Shown here: positions 1 through 8,674 of the stretch, piece after piece
Layout: each line of letters opens with the position of its first letter
How positions within the stretch are numbered: the stretch's first letter is position 1
From: Sinorhizobium meliloti
Lineage (GTDB): Bacteria; Pseudomonadota; Alphaproteobacteria; Rhizobiales; Rhizobiaceae
Reading direction: 5' to 3'
DNA length: 32,000 nt
Assembly: GCF_017876815.1 (NCBI RefSeq)
Contig: NZ_JAGIOS010000001.1
Span: 2,010,001-2,042,000 of the forward strand
Made by a program: the position numbers and the translations under genes
Notes under the pieces: generated by a model
What the model was told of the DNA's origin: nothing
Databases searched by the model: none
The model's input: the letters and a program-made list of their open reading frames with translations, nothing else

Positions 1-2
1 TG

Positions 3-416
3 GTTGCGCATCTATGCCGCTTTGGCTTCCTTTGCGCTTTTGCCCGCGATCTGCGCGACGGCTTCGACGCCCTGACCTGCGATCCAAACACTTTCCAAGG
101 CGCCGACGCCGTCGTGACGAACCCGCCGTGGACGCGGGCGGCGCTCCATCCGATGATTGAGCGCTTTTCCGATATCCTGCCGACATGGCTCCTGTTTGAT
201 GCCGATTGGGCGCACACCAAGCAAGCGGCGCCCTACCTCGATTATTGCTCCCACATCGTCTCTGTCGGCCGGCTCAAGTGGATACCTGACACGAAGCACC
301 AAGCCAAGGATTCCTGTGCGTGGCACCGCTTCGACCGCCGGCATTCTGGCGGCCCGCACTTCATCGGCCGCCCCTCAAATGAAATCGCAAAAAGTTACGT
401 GGAGGCGGCGCAATGA
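3..416 (+). CDS. DNA N6-adenine methyltransferase, C-terminal part (5' end lies left of the window)
   Basis: The frame is open from the window edge. The translation ...GADAVVTNPPWTRAA... carries the (D/N)PP(Y/W) motif IV of amino-methyltransferases. The stop at 414-416 overlaps the next start (ATGA). Confidence 0.7.
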   Translation, partial: VAHLCRFGFLCAFARDLRDGFDALTCDPNTFQGADAVVTNPPWTRAALHPMIERFSDILPTWLLFDADWAHTKQAAPYLDYCSHIVSVGRLKWIPDTKHQAKDSCAWHRFDRRHSGGPHFIGRPSNEIAKSYVEAAQ

Positions 417-1078
417 CTGCGGAACTCGCCCGATACGATGCCATGTGCCGGGCCATCGATGAGGCCTACCAAATCGATGAGGTCAAGGATATCCGGGACA
501 AGGCGCTGGCGTTGGAGGTCTATTCCCGGCAAGCGAAAAACATCGAAGCGGAACGCCGCGCGTGTGAAATCCGGCTCCGGGCCGAGCGCAAGGCCGGCGA
601 GCTGCGGCGCCAAGAGGAAAAAAGCAGGGGCGGGCGACCTGCAAAAAACCCTCCCGACCAAGCCGGGAAGGTTTCGACCAATGCGGAGCGCCGCGCCGAA
701 CTCGGGATTTCAAAAGATCAGGACGAGCGCTGGCAAAAGCTCGCTGCGGTTCCCAAAGAGGAATTCGAGGCGGCACTCGCCGAGCCGGGCGTGCCGACCG
801 CGAACAGCATCATCGCGAAGATTGCTGAAAAGCGATCGAAGCCCATGGACAGCGCCGCCCTATGGCTTTGGGGCCGCATGAAGGACTTCGAACGGAACGG
901 AATTCTGGCCGACGATCCCGACCGCGTTTGGGCGGAAATGGCGGATCACATGCGGGCAGATATGCGCCGGCTGGTACCGCGCGTCTGTGAATGGCTCAAC
1001 CAATTGGAGGCGTCAAATGCCGAACAAGGGAACATCGGAGGCCGCGAGGCTGCGCGAAATTCTGTCCGCCGTGTATGA
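413..1078 (+). CDS. hypothetical phage early protein (charged, helical)
   Basis: 221-aa ORF with an ATGA overlap to the methylase gene. The N-terminus (ARYDAMCRAIDEAYQIDEVKDIRDKALALEVY) is the type often seen next to phage methylases. No family assigned. Confidence 0.6.
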   Translation: MTAELARYDAMCRAIDEAYQIDEVKDIRDKALALEVYSRQAKNIEAERRACEIRLRAERKAGELRRQEEKSRGGRPAKNPPDQAGKVSTNAERRAELGISKDQDERWQKLAAVPKEEFEAALAEPGVPTANSIIAKIAEKRSKPMDSAALWLWGRMKDFERNGILADDPDRVWAEMADHMRADMRRLVPRVCEWLNQLEASNAEQGNIGGREAARNSVRRV

Positions 1079-1451
1079 GCGGCGGAAAGATGAAGCCCGC
1101 GTGAGCCCGTCGTGGCTGGCGACCGAGGCAATGACCGAGCTTGACCCGGATCGGGAGGCGCCGCCTCTGGTCTATCTCGGTTGCCACTTGGAGCTACGCC
1201 AGATCGCGCGGGAATTCTGCCGAAAGCGCTTCGAGCCGGAAGATGATGGGGAGGCGCATGATCTTTTCCCCGATCTACAGGCCCGCTATCCAACGGCGCG
1301 CTCATCCAAGGATGACCCCGAATATGTGAAACTCGAATGTCTGAATCGCGACGACATTGCCTTTAACGTCAACCGGCTTCGGTCTGAGGCCGCGCGCAAG
1401 CTGGCACACGCCGACGCTTTGGAAGAATACGGCGAGTTGCGGGCGGCCTGA
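1017..1451 (+). CDS. hypothetical phage protein
   Basis: The track ORF is 987..1451 (GTG). The internal ATG at 1017 is preceded by GGAGG (1006-1010) at 6 nt spacing. The gene is co-directional and tightly packed with its neighbours. Confidence 0.55.
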   Translation: MPNKGTSEAARLREILSAVYERRKDEARVSPSWLATEAMTELDPDREAPPLVYLGCHLELRQIAREFCRKRFEPEDDGEAHDLFPDLQARYPTARSSKDDPEYVKLECLNRDDIAFNVNRLRSEAARKLAHADALEEYGELRAA

Positions 1452-1453
1452 TA

Positions 1454-2038
1454 ATGCTGATCCTCGGCCTCGACCAGTCCATAACACGCACCGGGTTCGC
1501 GCTCTACGAATACCCCGGTGACGAGCGAGACATGCGCTGCGGCTCGTTTTCGTGCAAGGACGCGGGCGATCCCGAGGAAAAATGCGAACTGTTCGCGCGC
1601 CAGTTCAAGCGGTTGGTCGGGCCGAAAGATCGCCGCCCCGATTTCATCGTGTGGGAGCGCGCCCGGCGGCGCATCTCGGCCTATCCCAAGAAGCCTAACC
1701 CCGATCTGCTCGGGCTCGGCGGCGACGATCCCGCCATCTGGACCGTCAACGCCGATCAGCTGCTCTTGCCGGAAATCCAAGGCATCATCCGGGGCGAGGC
1801 AATCAGCTACCGCATTCCGCATGAGTCGGTCCCGCCGGCCACATGGCGCGCCGCGATCTATGGCAAGGGCGGCGGCAAGCTGTCGCGCGCCGACGCCAAG
1901 GCGCAAGCGAGGGCCTATTGCAAGGCGCTTCGGATCGCGGCCGGCAACGAGGACGAGGCCGAGGCCGCATGCATCGCCAGATGGGCCGCGACCTGCTCGC
2001 AAAAACTCCGCCTCCTATTTGCCGAGGCGGCAGCATGA
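1454..2038 (+). CDS. RuvC-like Holliday-junction resolvase (phage type)
   Basis: The N-terminus MLILGLDQSITRTGFAL matches the RuvC/RNase H-fold first acidic motif. A C-terminal acidic patch (NEDEAEAACIARWA) is typical of the last catalytic residues. The start lies 2 nt after the previous stop. Confidence 0.65.
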   Translation: MLILGLDQSITRTGFALYEYPGDERDMRCGSFSCKDAGDPEEKCELFARQFKRLVGPKDRRPDFIVWERARRRISAYPKKPNPDLLGLGGDDPAIWTVNADQLLLPEIQGIIRGEAISYRIPHESVPPATWRAAIYGKGGGKLSRADAKAQARAYCKALRIAAGNEDEAEAACIARWAATCSQKLRLLFAEAAA

Positions 2039-2595
2039 CGGCGGAACGGTGGATGCGCTTCTATCCGTCCGACTGGCTCGGAGACCCCGCCTTGCGCACA
2101 TGCAGCTATGCCGCGCGCGGCCTCTGGGTGGACATGCTTTGCCTCATGGATGCCGCTAAGCCTCGCGGTCATCTCAAGCTAGGTCGCCAGAAGGTCGATG
2201 CACAGACGCTCGCCACGCTGACAAACGGCACGCCGAGGCGGGTCGAAAAGCTGCTGGCCGAACTGCAAAAAGCGGGCGTTTTTAGCGTCAATTCGAGGGG
2301 CACGATCTACTCCCGGAAAATGGTACGTGAAGAAAAGTGGAGCAAAAAGGGAAAAAAGATGTCGGCGGCTCGGTGGTCGAAAACTGCTGAAAATAAAGCG
2401 GAATTCGGCACAAGCAATGCTCGCAGCATGACTCCAGAATCCAGAGTCCATAATAAGCAAGAATCTTGTAGCTCTAGACTCGGAGCCGCGCGCGCGAAGC
2501 GCCACCATCAGCCCGACCACGATCCCCCCGATTTCAGCAACGATCCAGTGAACCCAAGCGAGGCGCTTTTGCGCACTCGCATCGTCAAGCATTGA
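2035..2595 (+). CDS. DUF1376-family phage protein (YdaU-like)
   Basis: The ATG at 2035 overlaps the upstream stop (ATGA). MTAERWMRFYPSDWLGDPALRTCSYAARGLWVDMLCLM is the characteristic DUF1376 opening. The track ORF 1843..2595 begins further upstream inside the resolvase gene. The C-terminal tail is low-complexity and runs into lower-GC DNA. Confidence 0.7.
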   Translation: MTAERWMRFYPSDWLGDPALRTCSYAARGLWVDMLCLMDAAKPRGHLKLGRQKVDAQTLATLTNGTPRRVEKLLAELQKAGVFSVNSRGTIYSRKMVREEKWSKKGKKMSAARWSKTAENKAEFGTSNARSMTPESRVHNKQESCSSRLGAARAKRHHQPDHDPPDFSNDPVNPSEALLRTRIVKH

Positions 2596-2798
2596 ACCGA
2601 ACGGAGGAAGCTATGGAGCTAAGTGAGTCGCGGCAGCGTTCAGGTTGCTGTCAACGGGGATTGCTAGAAGGTTTGTTATCCGGACAGCAGACGGGAGCGA
2701 TTGAAGTGGCAAACGTCATGAAATTCCAATGTGCCCGATCACGGCGTCGCGAGCGACGCAGACCATACGCAAACACCTCACGAAACAGGGAAACTCCA

Positions 2799-3077
2799 AT
2801 GAAAAGATCATCAGACAAGACCCACGCAGGTCTCGCGGCATCGCCGCAATTTCGGTCTTGCTGGCTGCGCACAATACTTGCTGGGACCGCGCTGGTCCTG
2901 GCGACGACTGCTCAGGGTCCGACCGCAAGCGCCGGCGCCGTCTACGGTTTCACGCAAGTCGTGTGCGCGCCTGAGGACAAAGTCTGTGAGTTGGGCCGTG
3001 AGGCAGAACACCAGAACTTCGTGGAAGGGTGCAGAGAGGCCGGTGGTACTTCGGAGGGTAATACGTGCGTAATTTAG
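2799..3077 (+). CDS. small exported Cys-containing protein
   Basis: Internal ATG with AGGGA about 12 nt upstream. MKRSSDKTHAGLAASPQFRSCWLRTILAGTALVLATTAQGPTASAGA looks like a signal peptide. The mature part has 4 Cys. Confidence 0.45.
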   Translation: MKRSSDKTHAGLAASPQFRSCWLRTILAGTALVLATTAQGPTASAGAVYGFTQVVCAPEDKVCELGREAEHQNFVEGCREAGGTSEGNTCVI

Positions 3078-3379
3078 GAGTTAGGCGACGCGGGTGCGCG
3101 GCGTTAAGATTGACCGGGCCATGCGCTTCAATGCGCATGGCCCCGAAGGGCTGATCAATGGCAAGGCTCCCGGTCTGCCATCACGTTTGAACGATCACCA
3201 GCACGGAACTGGCTCTCAAACCGCATCGCAAAATCTACCAGGACATCGTCGCTCATTGCTGCGACGCCCGCCGCAAGCTCCAAAGTCAGCCTCGGCGCAT
3301 CATGTCCATCGGGCAGAGAATGGGCAAATAGGTCTTGATCAATGAGAGGCCGTATTGACCACAGAAATACAGAAATTGA

Positions 3380-3517
3380 GGAAGAACCCATTTATCTGCC
3401 AAGCGACAAGATGAACTCTTGCTCGCAGCCAGCGCGCAGAACCTCAGAAGGTTGGCAAAGCTCAGGCCTGGGCGTGAATGCCCACGCGAGTGCAGCAATA
3501 AATTTGCGAACCCCTAA
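3380..3517 (+). pseudogene. C-terminal remnant of an IS5/IS1182-type DDE transposase
   Basis: The frame reads ...RTHLSAKRQDELLLAASAQNLRRLAKL... The AAxQNLxRLAKL ending is typical of IS5/IS1182-group transposases. There is no start codon and no upstream catalytic domain, and in-frame stops lie upstream. Confidence 0.4.
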
Positions 3518-3886
3518 AACACCGCCCAGAGGCTCCGACCGCGCTCAAACTCGAAGTGTTTTCAAAGATATCCGCCCAGGAGCCGTGATTAAAAATCTAA
3601 CGGCCGTGCGAGTGCCGCGCGAAACCCCAAAAAACTCATAGTTGTATAGGAGCGACGAAAGGTTGTAGTTTGCCCATGCTTATTCGACCAATGCTTACCT
3701 AATGCTCTGAGTGGTGGACCTAGGTCGAAAAGGTCGAACTTTTGACGATAGCAGAAGGCCCGAGCCGTCGCCTAACGGCAGCAGGCTTCCATACTCACTT
3801 CTCGGTTCAGGCAATTTGGGATTGGCTTATTAAATCTCTGATGGTGCGATCGCTTCGATCGTCACATCGCTAACTGGAGCGTAAAA

Positions 3887-4471
3887 ATGGCAGATAGTTA
3901 TCTAAGGTACGGCGATACGTTGAGGATAGCCAACTCATACGGAGGACAGTTGAAGGGCGGCTATCTCGGTACTGGCGGGCCGTCGAACGTACCTGGTGCT
4001 GTGAGCACTGTTGGCGCCTATACGGACCCCAACAAGTTCACGCTATGGAAAATATTGCCGGGCGGCGATCAGAAACTTAGACAAGTCGTTAACAGTGGTG
4101 ATCGGATTCGCCTTAAAAATACCAGCGTTGAAGATACCAGCGATGAAAATACAAATTTGCTGGCATTATTCAGCTCCAAACCGGCGGCTACTAACGGTTA
4201 TCCCGTGGGTACCACCAATATTCTTGATGATGAAAGGATTACCCCCGCCTGGTACATCCTTGTTAGTACCCGAAGTGAAACCAATGATCCAGGTTTGGTC
4301 GACCGGAATGACATATTTTTGGTCGCTAGTTTTGGTCCACGGGCAAGCGTTTTGGACACCAACGGCGTAGGCAGTGGCGGTTTCAGATACGACGTCACGG
4401 GTGCCCGTCTCGTCAATCGTGACGGCGGAAGCGGCTCTTGGGTAGTGCAGACGTCATTGACGCCGGATTGA
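3887..4471 (+). CDS. hypothetical protein with three-fold internal repeat (beta-trefoil-like)
   Basis: ATG preceded by CTGGAG. There are three repeat units, each with a GD/ND-x-hydrophobic-x-hydrophobic strand (YGDTLRIAN, SGDRIRLKN, RNDIFLVAS) and ending in W-x-I/V (LWKIL, AWYIL, SWVVQ). No signal peptide. GC is clearly lower. Confidence 0.6.
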   Translation: MADSYLRYGDTLRIANSYGGQLKGGYLGTGGPSNVPGAVSTVGAYTDPNKFTLWKILPGGDQKLRQVVNSGDRIRLKNTSVEDTSDENTNLLALFSSKPAATNGYPVGTTNILDDERITPAWYILVSTRSETNDPGLVDRNDIFLVASFGPRASVLDTNGVGSGGFRYDVTGARLVNRDGGSGSWVVQTSLTPD

Positions 4472-4499
4472 ACGCGGGTAGCTTGTCGGATACTGTATA

Positions 4500-4536
4500 C
4501 GGGCCTCAGCTCAAGGTAGAGCGCGAGGCCCGTTTG
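4500..4536 (+). terminator. rho-independent terminator candidate after 3887..4471
   Basis: CGGGCCTC (4500-4507) pairs with GAGGCCCG (4525-4532). An inner GCTC/GAGC pairing extends the stem, and TTTG follows. Confidence 0.5.
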
Positions 4537-4608
4537 CCTGCTGAGGGACATGCGCCACCAAGGCGTAATATAAGGCGAACCTTTCGCACTAAGCAGTCAG
4601 TGCGACTG

Positions 4609-4863
4609 ATGCAAAAGGGAGGACATCATGAAGTGGACAAATGGCGACTGCCCCGTCTCAACGAGCCGGCGCAAGAGGCGTTGCCGAGATTGGGGGACTT
4701 CGCCGAGATCACCTGCCCTACCTGCGGTAGATTCAGGATCACCCGCACTGCTTTAGAGATGATCCGTGGTCGGGATCTTGATGGCAGGCAGTTCGCGCTT
4801 ACTCAGGCGAAGCGCAAAGCGCTGGAAGGCAAAATACCGGTGATCGACAGTTACATGCTGTGA
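4609..4863 (+). CDS. small hypothetical protein (single CxxC)
   Basis: ATG at 4609; an alternative GTG at 4633 lies 9 nt after GGAGGA. The stop overlaps the start of the lipoprotein gene (GTGATG), suggesting an operon. No family recognised. Confidence 0.35.
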   Translation: MQKGGHHEVDKWRLPRLNEPAQEALPRLGDFAEITCPTCGRFRITRTALEMIRGRDLDGRQFALTQAKRKALEGKIPVIDSYML

Positions 4864-5117
4864 TGCGAACGGTGCGGAAGCTATCGTTCATTTTGCTTGG
4901 AGCCGTGCTGGCAGGCTGCAACAGTTCATCATCAAGCGAGTGGCGCGAGGTCAAGACCAGCTCTTACGAGTCGCGTTTCGAACGTGCGAAGGCCATCTGC
5001 AACGGGCGAGCCGCTCAAACGCAGGTCATCGCCGGAAGGCTCTGGATTGCCGGTGCAATCGCAGCAAACAGCTCGTTTAACGCCTGTATGGCGGAACAAG
5101 GGTTCGCGCCCAAGTGA
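4860..5117 (+). CDS. lipoprotein
   Basis: MMRTVRKLSFILLGAVLAGC has a basic n-region, a hydrophobic core and an L-A-G-C lipobox, followed by a Ser-rich linker. Confidence 0.65.
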   Translation: MMRTVRKLSFILLGAVLAGCNSSSSSEWREVKTSSYESRFERAKAICNGRAAQTQVIAGRLWIAGAIAANSSFNACMAEQGFAPK

Positions 5118-5118
5118 G

Positions 5119-5286
5119 CTAGCAGCCCGCCGAATTGCGCCTGAAGATCAACACCCACTGACACGGGCTGCGCTCGATTACCTGGTGGAGCGCATACCCC
5201 GCGGCCGCCTTTTCATTGATGAAGGCTCGCATGCTCTTGAGGTTGTCTGGGCCGGTATCGAAGTGCTCGGCTAGGTATTCGGGCAT
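5119..5286 (-). CDS. small hypothetical protein (55 aa, not in ORF track)
   Basis: Minus-strand ATG at 5286 lies 6 nt after GAGGAG. The translation is MPEYLAEHFDTGPDNLKSMRAFINEKAAAGYALHQVIERSPCQWVLIFRRNSAGC. It fills an otherwise empty gap, and the style is reminiscent of DUF4177-type small proteins (recollection only). Confidence 0.35.
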   Translation of the reverse strand: MPEYLAEHFDTGPDNLKSMRAFINEKAAAGYALHQVIERSPCQWVLIFRRNSAGC

Positions 5287-5499
5287 CCGCATCTCCTCAA
5301 GGCTACGGCCTCGCGATTGAGCTACTGCGCTCTCAGTGGGTCCCCTTTGCCCTCGCGTTCGACCGACGAGACTGCGGCGGCTGTATCGTCGTCCGACACT
5401 TCAGGTCGAAGCAGCATGCCGTTCGCATCGTTGCTCCGTTTGTTGATGATCGTTCAGATTGCACTTGCGCTGCGACTTGATAACATGTTCGTCTGGCGT

Positions 5500-7236
5500 A
5501 TGGGGGCGAAAGTGACTGTGTTGCGTATCGTTTTGCTGGCATTGGTCGCATGCGTGTGGCTCACCTTGTCTGCGCGGGCGGAGATTATCCTTCAGCGCAT
5601 CGATACCGATCGCGGTGTCGTCATTCTCCTCAAGGGGGCGTTCGCCCTCGCGGACGATCCACAGGCGCTAGCCCGAGAGGTTTCCGCCACAGGAGCAAAG
5701 GTTATCACCTTCGACAGCGATGGCGGAAATGTCGTCTCCGCTATCGCCTATGGTCGGGTTATTCGGTCGCTGGGTCTCTCCAGTTTTCAGCCGCGTGCCA
5801 CGCAGTGCGTTTCCGCCTGTGCGTTAGCGTTCGTGGGCGCCGTTATCCGACATGCTGAACCCGGCTCCATCGGCGTGCACCAATCGTCATTCTCGGCGAA
5901 CGCTGTTCTGGATGGCCATACAGCAGTCGCTGCGGTACAGCAGATGACCGCGCAGATAATGACGTATCTGCTTGAGATGGGCGTCGACCCGAAGCTCCTG
6001 CAACTCAGCCTGTCGGTGGCACCCAACGATATGCGGTACCTGACAGCAGCCGAAATGGACGAATACAATGTGACGGCGGGGCTACAAAACGCCGTTCCCG
6101 AAACACTACCTGACACCACAATGACACCCTCGGACGAAACCACCGCTCACGAGGAAGAAGAAAGGCCCCTCACAAATGAAGACAGGGCCCTAGCGTTTGT
6201 CTCTGCCTATTACCAGGCGTGGTCGCTGGGAAATGCGGAGGCGCTCGTGTTTATGGATCGGGCATATAACGAGACAGTGAGCTTCTACGGGAAACCAAGG
6301 TCGCGGATTTATGTTGTCGACGAGAAGGTGAAGTTCGTCATGCGCTGGCCGGTCCGGGCCTACAACGTCAAGCCGGGCACCGCTACGGTCTCATGCGCCG
6401 CCTACTGCGTTGTTGCAGGGATCGTCGACTGGTACGCGAGGCGTGATGTCGGGTACGGAGTATCATCCGGCTCGGCGCGTTTCCTGATCTCGTGGGACCC
6501 CTCAACACAGAAGATTGCTTCCGAGAGCGGTGAAGTGCTGGATGTGGACAAGGATGCTGTGGCTCCGGTCCGCGTCCTATCTCAGTGGTACGATCAGAAT
6601 GCTGTTTGCCGCGGGACCGTCGACAACACCGAAAGGACACAGGCGGCCTGTACATATCGAGAAGTGATTGCAGCGAAGTTGAAGGCCGTCGGCTGGTGCT
6701 ACGCGGGCGAAGGCCAGGCCGCATATCAGACGGACTGGCATAAATGCGATATCACGGGATCGAGCTTCGCGAATGGGAGCCTTGCATCGAAGGCAGATTT
6801 CCCACGCCCCGCGCGATATGCGGTGACGGAGCGTTTCACCGGCCGAACTAAGCTTCCAGATTTCCGCGGGAGAGACCGAAAGTTCAACTCGTTCCGCACC
6901 CGAATCCGCAACGGCATGCGCGAAGGCCCCAACTTTGCGGGGCATTTCTCTGTGATCCAGATTGGATGCGGAACTGGGTGTACCTTTGCAATTGTCGGGG
7001 ACAATAACAGCGGAAGACCAGCCAATTTCCCGCGCGGCGGTGAGGAAAATATGTACATGCAGCTTCACTTCGAGATAGGAAGCCGCCTTCTAGCAGCGCA
7101 GTGGCTCGACTATAAAGCCAATAAGTGCTTCGTTGAGTTCTTTGACTACAACCGCAAGAAGTGGGAACTGATTAGTAAGCTCGATGTCGGATCGTCTGAT
7201 GCATGCTACCGGACCGTGGCCGAAAACCTGCGCTGA
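5500..7236 (+). CDS. exported multidomain protein: COG3904-like (ClpP/NfeD-fold) periplasmic domain plus unknown C-terminal domains
   Basis: The track ORF starts at TTG 5317. I prefer ATG 5500, which gives a classic signal peptide (MGAKVTVLRIVLLALVACVWLTLSARA|E). DSDGGNVVSAIAYGRVIRSLG...CVSACALAFVGAVIRHAEPGSIGVHQ resembles predicted periplasmic ClpP-like proteins. The start is uncertain (5317, 5416 or 5500). Confidence 0.6.
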   Translation: MGAKVTVLRIVLLALVACVWLTLSARAEIILQRIDTDRGVVILLKGAFALADDPQALAREVSATGAKVITFDSDGGNVVSAIAYGRVIRSLGLSSFQPRATQCVSACALAFVGAVIRHAEPGSIGVHQSSFSANAVLDGHTAVAAVQQMTAQIMTYLLEMGVDPKLLQLSLSVAPNDMRYLTAAEMDEYNVTAGLQNAVPETLPDTTMTPSDETTAHEEEERPLTNEDRALAFVSAYYQAWSLGNAEALVFMDRAYNETVSFYGKPRSRIYVVDEKVKFVMRWPVRAYNVKPGTATVSCAAYCVVAGIVDWYARRDVGYGVSSGSARFLISWDPSTQKIASESGEVLDVDKDAVAPVRVLSQWYDQNAVCRGTVDNTERTQAACTYREVIAAKLKAVGWCYAGEGQAAYQTDWHKCDITGSSFANGSLASKADFPRPARYAVTERFTGRTKLPDFRGRDRKFNSFRTRIRNGMREGPNFAGHFSVIQIGCGTGCTFAIVGDNNSGRPANFPRGGEENMYMQLHFEIGSRLLAAQWLDYKANKCFVEFFDYNRKKWELISKLDVGSSDACYRTVAENLR

Positions 7237-7331
7237 GAAGAGCTCGTCCGCCAATGCTGACTACCAATGTCGTTGCACGTTTGATACGCGCCGCGAACGA
7301 CGTTGGTCGTCCGACCAGAGCTAACCGGATA

Positions 7332-7406
7332 AAGGCTCAGCCCGAACCGGTAATAAAGCCAGACGGCATGAGCAACGATTTCGATCGGGAAGCGATGGTT
7401 CCTGTA
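7332..7406 (-). pseudogene. N-terminal fragment of an IS6-family transposase
   Basis: The minus-strand translation YRNHRFPIEIVAHAVWLYYRFGLSL matches the conserved RHRFPxEIIxHAVWLYxRFxLS opening of IS6-family transposases. Similarity stops abruptly after LSL, and there is no start codon or DDE domain. Confidence 0.4.
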
Positions 7407-7587
7407 GGTGGCGCATGCTTCGACCCTGCGCCACCTACTATCGTCAAACCGTTAAGCCAAAATCAAATGACAGCACCGGTCGGCGACATGTCCGGCACTG
7501 CGGCGACAAAGAAGCGCAGTGCCAAGGCCGGCCCCATCCGGCGGGGCCGGCCGAAAGGCAGCCTTGAAAAAGACGGCTGCCAAGACA

Positions 7588-7615
7588 GGAGGGCAGGCTT
7601 AACGGCCTGCCCTCC
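7588..7615 (-). terminator. hairpin immediately downstream of the 7621..8598 gene
   Basis: Perfect 11-bp stem GGAGGGCAGGC / GCCTGCCCTCC with a 6-nt loop. It starts 5 nt after the stop codon. On the minus strand it is followed by TGTCTT, so the U-tract is weak. Confidence 0.45.
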
Positions 7616-7620
7616 GAGAT

Positions 7621-8598
7621 TCAGCGGGCCGGAAGTTGTCCGATTTCCTCGCGCTCCGGTGCGGCGATCACTTTGTCAGGCTTCTCCTGGGCTTGCGCCG
7701 AAGGCTGGTTGCAGCAGCTGTCGAAAACAGTCTTTGCGCGCTCGGTGGCTGCGGCTCTTTCTGCACCGCTCAGTTCGTTGTATGGCTCCGTCTCGAAAGA
7801 GAATTTGCCGGAATCGAATGCCTCCCCATTGGATTGTTGGGCGACCATGGACCACATGGCCGATGTAGTCATGTCTTTTTGCCCGTAGGCGCTGAGGCCG
7901 GTCAGCAAGGCGGCAAGCTGGGCGCCTCTCAGATTTCCCTGTTCAGTCAGATGCACCGCTTCGCTCAGCCAATCCTTGTAAACGGCGGGATCGACGTCGA
8001 AGGCCTTGTTGGCAAGCTTGGCTTCGGCCCGGGCGGCATCTAGGGCGCGGAAATCCTCGAACAGGACAATGCCCTTGGCATTGACATCCCCCGCAGCCGC
8101 GGCTTCGCGCAGCAAATCGCCGGAATTGCGGATGTCTTCCGCGGTGACACCGCTGCACTGCACCTCCATCGTGCGAATCTTGAAAGCGGTGGCGGCGACA
8201 AGATCTTCGAAGTTCCTGTCGCCGCTTTTTTCCAGTTTTGCGGCATCGGCCAGATCCTGGTCGTGATGGCTCCGAGATTCGAAATAGTCGGCGCATCCCC
8301 GCGCCAGAATCGCTGCGCCGTAGGCGGGATGCCCCCCGTAATCCTTGGCCTGCAATGCATATTGCGCCGGATCCAACAGATCAAATCGAACGGGAGCTTG
8401 AGGGTCGGCAGCCAACTCCTCATTGTTGGATATGAGGATTTGATTCGGGATCGCAGGAGATTGCTGCTGGGAAATCTGTGGCAACACCTCGGCCATTGCT
8501 GCAATTCCATCCGACTGGACCGCCAAAGCTGTAAGCGATACGAGAAGGACGCGCAGCAATTTCTTTTTGCCTGTTGCCTTTGAGTCGTAGATCGGCAT
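7621..8598 (-). CDS. exported hypothetical protein
   Basis: The internal ATG at 8598 gives MPIYDSKATGKKKLLRVLLVSLTALAVQSDGIAAMAE, which is signal-peptide-like. The body is helical and Ala-rich, with faint Sel1/TPR-like repeats. The track ORF extends to 8673. Confidence 0.55.
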   Translation of the reverse strand: MPIYDSKATGKKKLLRVLLVSLTALAVQSDGIAAMAEVLPQISQQQSPAIPNQILISNNEELAADPQAPVRFDLLDPAQYALQAKDYGGHPAYGAAILARGCADYFESRSHHDQDLADAAKLEKSGDRNFEDLVAATAFKIRTMEVQCSGVTAEDIRNSGDLLREAAAAGDVNAKGIVLFEDFRALDAARAEAKLANKAFDVDPAVYKDWLSEAVHLTEQGNLRGAQLAALLTGLSAYGQKDMTTSAMWSMVAQQSNGEAFDSGKFSFETEPYNELSGAERAAATERAKTVFDSCCNQPSAQAQEKPDKVIAAPEREEIGQLPAR

Positions 8599-8674
8599 TT
8601 TTTTATCCTTGGATTTTGACGCCAGCCCACTGCTTTCAATGGGCCGGCCGAAGATTCGAACGGGCAAATGCAAT

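Noticed and set aside
1286-2002. 238-aa minus-strand ORF
   Set aside because: It is antisense to the RuvC-like gene and the preceding gene. It is Arg/Ala/Gly/Pro-rich, as expected for a shadow frame in high-GC DNA, and has no RBS or family resemblance.
2586-2600. CATTGAACC at the end of the DUF1376 gene resembling the AATTGAACC of the tRNA-like T-arm (9769-9777), as a possible att half-site
   Set aside because: Only 8-9 nt match, which is well within chance expectation for a 32-kb window.
4628-4759. 43-codon ORF with the best-placed ATG after GGGAGGA (MKWTNGDCPVSTSRRKRRCRDW...)
   Set aside because: It is extremely Arg/Ser/Pro-rich and overlaps the longer 4609/4633..4863 frame. That longer frame looks more protein-like and is coupled to the lipoprotein gene.
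7203-7868. 221-aa plus-strand ORF
   Set aside because: It runs through the IS6 remnant on the opposite strand, through the 7588-7615 hairpin and into the antisense of the 7621..8598 gene. It is Arg/Pro-rich and has no RBS.
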